64,000 nucleotides of DNA from positions 434,001 through 498,000 of the forward strand of contig JAPETS010000022.1 in the NCBI GenBank assembly GCA_026023565.1. The letters run 5' to 3'. The notes beneath the pieces were generated by a model. The model saw only the letters and a program-made list of their open reading frames with translations, was not told where the DNA came from and searched no databases. Below are positions 60,093 to 64,000 of the stretch, piece by piece. Origin of the DNA: Cirrosporium novae-zelandiae (taxonomy: Eukaryota). How positions within the stretch are numbered: the first letter of the stretch is position 1; every line of letters begins with the position of its first letter. The translations under genes were made by a program, and so were the position numbers.

Positions 60093-62427
60093 TTATATCA
60101 TGTTGCCGTTAACATTGACTTCGAAGCCATCGCCTCTTTGCTTCAAGGCCTTTGCAAGCATAAGTTCACGCATCCAATCAATGCGGTCATCTCTCGAGTT
60201 CACGGAAAAATGATGTGTTTTGCTTGTGACGGCGCCTAATAAGCCTTTCTTTTCTGCAGCAGGAATGAGCTGGAACGCAAATGCCTTTTGAGCATGGGCG
60301 TCGGCTTCAGCCTTGTTCTTGATCTTGAAGGCCCTAAAGGCAGCGCTGAGTTTGTTGGATGAAAGGGAAGAGCAGGCGACTGCATAATCATCAACGTCAA
60401 TGTATTCGAGGCAATCAGCAGAACGCTCATGTTTGCGCATCTCGAGACGGGTGCCTCGGAGAGTGCAGTGATGGTCTTGCCATTCATGTCGAAGCATCTT
60501 GGTCTTGCGTTTCTTCATCCAGCCGGAGTGAACATGAGCTCCTCCAGCTGCACGGTCAAGATCTTCAGGGCTATCAATAGGTTCAAGGATTCTGTTCTCA
60601 TGGACCGGCTTTAGGGTAAAACTTGGTTGGCGACGGTGATCAAGACGAGAAACGCCTCGTGGGACAGGATCGCGAGCCCCATATTGCATGTCTGGTGGAA
60701 CAGACTGAGAGAAGTCACGTGCGATCGGGCCCATTGGGATAGTAGTAGTGGGAACATCCATTTCAGAGAAAGGAGTGCCATGTCGATAAGTATTATTTGT
60801 AGGGAAGAGAGAGTGAGGATCAAATGGGGCGTCTACTGCAGACCTGGATTGGCCATAGGTGTTGCAGGGTGTGGTGTCTATTTCGTCAGAATTTGCGTCT
60901 TGGGGGATAGTCAACTTGGGGAGGGTTCGAAGAATGTCGTGTTGCCTTTGAGAATCGTTGGAAGGACGAGAGGGAACAGATTTTTCACGTGGCTGCTCTG
61001 CCAAAGGCTCTGGGTCCACATGCTGAAAGCTAAGGAACTGTCGCACGTTCTCTTGAGGATCCCGTGATTGGATTGCCTTGAGCTTCTCCGCGTCCAAACG
61101 GAATTCAGGACGCTGCCCGCCCAAGATGTCAGATGAAGCAACAACCGAAGGGACAGGCTCAGATGCAGGATGGAAGGATGATGCTGTGCCAGACTGGAGA
61201 CCTTGGTCTACAGTGGGGGCGGGTTTTCGGGCCAATTCCATATCTAGGTCGAACTGCTTCTTCATTCGTTCGATCTTCCGTTGTCGCTTCTGATATTTAG
61301 GGCATTCTTCACCCCTGGAGCAGACATGGGGTTTGGGGAGGAGTTGTTCGATGGCGACAATGGAGACAGACTCTGCAGGTAAAACGTCTTCATTATCTTG
61401 TTGAAGGTTTGGTTGAGCTTGTCGCCGTTTGACGCTGTGAACCTTCATGGGATTTATTTCATGAGAGACTGGCACGGTGAATTCCTTGTGCCTATAGCCC
61501 CGTGACCGTGAAGTTGCACGTGATTGGCTGGCAGATCTAGAGACGCCCATTGGAGGTGCTGATTGTGAAATCATTTTGCTATTGCGAAGATGCTCAATCT
61601 CAGTCATGAGTCTGTGTCGTTTCCCGAAAGACTGAATGTCAAGTTCCTTCAAGTCCTCAGATTGGAGGGTCACGAGGATGCTACCATCAATGTCGTTCAC
61701 TCGGAACTTCTCTACCACCGACTTTTCGAATCCGGATGCGTACATCCAGTCAACGACCTGGTTTGTACTCCAGTACTTGACCTCGGTATCATCTAGCTGA
61801 GCGATAGCTTGGTTGAGAGAACTAAGCCGACGAGATGATTGAGATCCTCTGTCCATTGCGAAGACAGGAGCTGACTCTGCTCTGATAGGAGGCTCAAAGG
61901 GAGATTCAACTGGGGACATTGAAAGGTTGAAATCAATATCCTGTGCTGCACCTTGAGAAAAACTGAAGAGATGAGGACCAACGGGGCCTTCTACGGGCTT
62001 CTCGTTATCCAGGCGGAATTCAAAGCCTCCTAGTCCATTTGAACTAGGGGTAGCAACCTCCTCGACCGAGGAGATTGTGGTTTCGCTAGTATTTGCAAGC
62101 TAGCAATAAGAATTAGGATCAGCTTTGAGGACAGAAGACAGAGTTAAGGAACTAACCGAGGCAACGCTCCTTCGGTTGGAGCTTCCCATTGTCGTACTTG
62201 AATCATCGTCAAAGTCGGTGTCGTATATCTCGGTTGCTTCAGACAATGGGCGAGTAGTTGGGGGACGACCCAACGATAAGAATGAGATAGCAGGTGCTTT
62301 CTCGCACATTTCAAATCTTTGCTGTCCAGCATATGTGCTGGAGTTTGGTACATATGCCGGCTCGAACTCCTAAGCAGAAAGATCAGCATCGAGGTTAGAA
62401 GAATACGAATGGTGTTGCTCGTACCAT
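60093..62427 (-). CDS. SAM- and PH-domain protein (Boi-related, no SH3 seen), 3 exons
   Basis: SAM domain WSTNQVVDWM...FRVNDIDGSIL..L..EDLKELDIQSFGKRHRL; PH domain HSGWMKKRK..LRHEWQ...RIDWMRELM. An ATG-only first exon (62427-62425) and two introns join in frame to ORF 60093-61919. Confidence 0.88.
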
Positions 62428-64000
62428 GGCTGGAGACGTGGGCAACAGAAGGGAATCTATGTAGAGGTTTGTGGATATAAATCTATCTCTTGTGGCTTGA
62501 GATGACGGAAAGAGGCCGAAAGCGTGGACTGTAGCGACCTCGAGCTCTTTTATGTGAAAGATTGAAGGGTACACTAGGACTTGGCAGACAATGGGGAACA
62601 AAGCGCTTGGTGATGAATATAGTGGTGACATACCTTGCAGCAGAAGTGATAAGTGTAGCCGGCGGTATCGTCGCAGGTTGGTTGGGAAAGCCAGGAACTC
62701 CGACATAGGGCCAATCATGTTCCAATCAGAAGGCAGAATTGGAGATCTCTCCAGCAGTTGGGCGGGCGCTTGGTGTGGGCACATGCGCCTAGAGAAATGG
62801 GCACCCAAGGTTACCCACTAAATTTACATCAACAATTAACTGCAAATACTTTGGGTCGACCACTCACATCCCCAGATTTGTCCTCTGATTATTTTTAGTT
62901 ATTTTTGGATATTTTTGTCCCAAATTTTATTCACCTTTACCCTTTCGAGTCAAATTTGCTTTCTTTGAATGTTTCAAACTCTGATTAGTTTCTACTTTTT
63001 TCTCTCCGATGAACCTGTCAGATGGTGGGAAATGTTTGCAAATTGTCCGATTCTTGCAACAAACGTTAAGCAATGCAAGTACTTTAATTGATTAGGCATG
63101 TACCCGGGACCCCTCGCAGACTTCTCGGCCCACCAGAAAATGCACCATAATCGCCGTACAGAATACTTTGCAGTCGTCCTTTGCCCTTTGCAAGTGTTTT
63201 TGCATCTGCTGCTCGCACTTTACTCCTCACGTCCGCATGCATGGATACGAAGTAACTTTCATCACTATCACATTTCGACACGCTATCCACATGCTATCAG
63301 TCATCTAAATTTGGTCCTGTACCCATGCGCTTTGATAAGAAAATGTTATAACATACGGTTCCCACCGCCTAGTTAACCACACGGCCGGTTTTTCAACACG
63401 CTGCATCACAGTCGGCGATACACACACAACTAGAGTGATAACTGCTGACTGATAAATATTGATTCACCTTTCTCGGGACTGCCTGCACCAAAGTTGTCTA
63501 GGTTTTGAGAACTTGTCTGCCAGATGGAGCCAACCAAGTGTTTAATGATTCCCAACACCAAGGTGGTCCTGGTGGAAAACAGTTACCCCGCAAGCTCATA
63601 TCCCTGAGACAGCCAATTGTTTGTGAAGGCCGAATGCTTCTCAGACGGCACAATCGCTAAACTCTAATATTTGTATCCAATGCTTGGAGATGGTGATAAC
63701 GGACTATATCTAAAAGCACCTTCCCGCTCACGATAATTCTTGTGTACCGGGAATATTTTCTATTCCCCGCAATGTAGCTCTCGTTTTCGATGGCCATGAG
63801 TGATGACAGTCTCAGGCCGTGCATGAAAGAGGGGAACGACATGCAAAAGGTAATATATCATATCTACGGCGTCCGCGGAGTATTGGGCGAACCATCTGCC
63901 TGCGACATGTTTCGCTCACGGCATCAGAGTCCATATGCACTATAAGTGATAGAGACGATTCCACTGGCTTCTAGTGTTTTTGGCCAGAGTTTCTGGATTG

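Noticed and set aside
63080..64000. Possible protein-kinase pseudogene on the minus strand (IVHMD, YELAG*LF fragments)
   Set aside because: The fragments are too short and degenerate to support a call.
1..64000. tRNA, 5S rRNA, snRNA or telomerase RNA genes
   Set aside because: The GTTCGA hits I saw lacked a cloverleaf context, and I saw no 5S or TAACCCTAA template signature by eye. A tRNAscan-SE/Infernal run would be decisive.

Overview
Eukaryotic, intron-containing DNA from a filamentous ascomycete (Pezizomycotina-type genes, GT-AG introns with CTAAC/CTGAC branch sites). It holds about 18 intact or apparently intact genes, mostly housekeeping: a GH47 mannosidase (partial), THOC5-like, CDC40/PRP17, a LaeA-like methyltransferase, ERV14, an ADP1-like ABC transporter, a class I/II aminotransferase, a ZZ/EF-hand protein, two MFS transporters, MND1, RRN10-like, palF/RIM8, SHR3, COQ10, a SAM-PH protein and one conserved-looking unknown gene. 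There are also several decayed pseudogenes, microsatellite-rich gene-free stretches and a small MITE family. The best candidate for an undescribed system is a head-to-head pair at 35.9-37.9 kb: an intact six-exon DUF3328/UstYa oxidase gene (both HxxHC motifs appear only after splicing) and a 95-aa secreted peptide gene with repeated acidic-dipeptide/hydrophobic-core/basic modules. This looks like a minimal fungal RiPP (dikaritin-type) locus with unusual tyrosine-free candidate cores. All splice models and family assignments were made by eye, without database searches.
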